A stretch of DNA of 64,000 bases from Botryllus schlosseri (lineage: Eukaryota), in the NCBI GenBank assembly GCA_051294905.1, contig CM119382.1:9796001-9860000 (forward strand). The letters are read 5' to 3'. Under the pieces are notes generated by a model that saw only the letters and a list, made by a program, of their open reading frames with translations, was not told the DNA's origin and ran no database searches. Position numbers and translations under genes: made by a program. Numbering within the stretch: position 1 is the first letter of the stretch; each line of letters opens with the position of its first letter. This document shows positions 61,201-64,000 of the stretch, one piece after another.

Positions 61201-64000
61201 AGACATCACGCAAAGTCTACAATTATATTCCTTTTTGGATACATATAAGTAACTACATATATAGCCGCCGTTAAAATTCGAGCCATCAAACGACAGACAT
61301 ATTTGATTATTAACCGACAGGAATCACGCAGCTTCTGTGACAGTATATGCCCAATAATTCGCCTTCATACTGAAACTAACAAGTCAAAAATGCGCGAGAT
61401 TGATGGAACACGAAATGGCACTACATTCGGACATCTTCAAACAGAGTGTGCGATTAACCGCAGCGGTAGAAATGACATAAACATATTCCTAATTGGGTCT
61501 TCAAATGTTCACTTCGATCACCGGTGAGCCAGAAAGCGACAATGCGAAGCGGATCAGCGATTCAGCGGTGGCCAAAGCAAATTTACAGACGACCCGAACG
61601 CCAAATAGGCAAAGATATGCGAATCCACACCCAGTCGCCCATGCTGTGTGTGATGAGAAGATTAAATACTACAGTCATGAATATCACGTTCCGGTGATAG
61701 AAGTAGTTCGGGTACATGTTTATTACACACACATTATTGAAGAATAGTTATTGGAATAGTATCGTTCAGGACGGCTGATCGATTGAGTCTAATTAGATTT
61801 TGTTATCTAGAGACGTCTAAGAGTGGAGACGTAGATTAATGACATAGCCTTTATTAAAGTAACCTTTTCTGGCCTCCTGCAAATCCGTTGAGTTAGATAT
61901 AGCAGCAACTAGACAGTGACAGAATTCGAGCAAAGAACAATTGAAAAAAATCATGGTTTCACAGGCGCGTTACAGTAATTCTTATGACGTCATAACAATT
62001 CTTGTATATTTTTTCGGTTCCAAACTGAAATTCGCTGGTATAAGAATGGCGAACTTTGGATATGCGATGCGGAACAAAAGTGTTGAGGTGACTTTGGCAC
62101 TTAATTAACGACCATCATTCGATTCATTGCGATTCGTAATGACATCTTGGTACCACCCAGCAAAGCAATGCATCGAGCTTACCGCGAGTCTGTAGCACTA
62201 ATAAGTAATTTGTCTTCAGAAGATTGGGTAAACATTGTGCTTTATCATCATACGCAGTCCGTAATGCCAAGAAACAGAGTGGCGTGATATCAAACCTGTC
62301 TCATAAAAATGCGATACATCTCGTGTGTGAGTAATTAACAAACTGAATGACATACGTCTTTCGTAATATAAAATGACGCAGCATGCTCCAATCGAGGATG
62401 TACCAACACAAATATGATTAACCTTTTTGTTGTTTAAATAATGGCAGCCAGCAGGCCAGCGTTATGAAAAGGAGTGGGTATTACATTTGAATGAACTCCA
62501 CATGTCATAATATCAGTTACAGTTGATTTACTCCCGTGTCAAGAATAGTTCACACTTATGTGCATTGGACAGCAGTTTGTTCTCTATCTACAGTTTGGAT
62601 CATAATATATTCGCTAGTATTTTGTATACTAGGTCGCAACGGAAGATCACGAAATCCAATACACAACGATGATCACAATATTTTTGAACAAGACAAGTTG
62701 AGTATTTTCCGACTTTAAAGGGTCCGAGAAATCAGGGTGGGCTACGTTGTTGTGAACAGTATGGACTGATATGTGTTCCCAATTCCACCAATCGATAAAA
62801 CATCAAAACATATACCTTATCGAAGGATTCCGACTATCTGGCAACACTGCGCTTTGACAACAAAGATTTCGCAGCGACTTATCAGTAAACGTTTCAACAC
62901 CTCGCTTCCCGTAGCATGTACGACAGAAACGATATCAATCCCGTACGCATCCGAACCAGTGCAATTATTATCGAATCTACTCAGGCACAACTTTTAAACG
63001 GCTTTGAAATTGTCATTAACCGGTAGCGAATTTGTTGTCGCCTACTCTAGTGAGGGGTATAAATTATATGTCGCTGCGCATCGTCATATTAGTAGGATTG
63101 ACAACTGCCATTATACAGATGTGTAACCTTTTACCGTGCTTAGACCAACGGATTACTGACATAAAATTGCTGCCATTCCCTGTGTGCTTCCGAAAACATG
63201 CTGAGGCCTACAACAAAACAGGCTGCGGTAACACCTACATTCTACAATCTATTTTCTTGCATATAGCGACGGTATCAAAACTGAGATGTCGCACGGTCAC
63301 TATGATGTGACGGTATCATTCAATGTTAACATGTAGTGTCCACTGTCCAGCTGTACACTGTCCATGTCCAATGTCCAACCTGTGTCATGGACTTGCGCTA
63401 CATCCGAACCCGATGCTAAAAAGGTACTGCAATTCATTCGCTGTAGTAACTCAAAAGCTCCTTCCAAAGAATGAATGGGTCATTCGATCCCCGCCGGTTA
63501 GCGATATCAAACTATAGTACACCTCACCCATCTTAATCAATAACACGATTATGTATTGGCAATCCTGTAATAAATAATCATTGAATATGCATATGCAATT
63601 ATGCATGTGCTGTGATTAATTATTATAGGCTACTGCGACATGGCAAGAAATGCAGGAATAGAAATTTTTATAGGACAAGTATATACCTTATATACACGCT
63701 TCTATTTCAACAAAACCCCATATAGACAAAGGTGGGTGCGAAATGTGTCCACTTCGTGACTGCGCCGCAAACCAGTAGCGTATAAGCAAACACACGAACA
63801 GATGCAGTCTGTTTGGACATATGTGTGTACAGAGTGCTCAAATGTCAATAACGCAAGTGGCGATTACAACTGGAATATAAAGGAAAGGTACAAAGTAACT
63901 ACCGCACCTCATGCGTAATTTAGCATCTATTGATTTGTGGAATTCACGCCGTGCACCCTTTCGTAAACAATATTTCAATCGTAGCGCAACAGTGCTGGTT

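Overview
Animal (eukaryotic) genomic DNA with spliceosomal introns. It is probably a marine invertebrate, possibly an ascidian, but that is inference only. There are three protein-coding loci, all on the minus strand. (1) A ROR-family receptor (Ig, Frizzled-CRD, kringle, TM, tyrosine-kinase fold, S/P/Q-rich tail), hand-spliced into 18 GT-AG exons between 53618 and 22550. These give one open frame of 3218 nt (about 1070 aa); the signal-peptide exon was not found. Its kinase domain carries DFG->NLD and alphaF D->A changes while keeping GxGxFG, VAVK and HRD, which is a different route to a pseudokinase than vertebrate RORs. (2) An intronless, divergent UNC-93-like MFS membrane protein (13071..14438). 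(3) A small intron-containing MADF-domain gene (about 1490..2507). Intergenic and 3' intronic DNA is packed with non-autonomous DNA transposons: hAT MITEs with 8-bp TSDs (several nested), foldback elements with ~9-bp TSDs (two carrying TTAGGG-like tracts), a Chapaev-3-like transposase relic and a tRNA-derived SINE. The 5' ROR introns (about 48.5-64 kb) are almost free of recognisable repeats. No CRISPR, rRNA or true tRNA was seen. All splice models were built by eye and are unverified.
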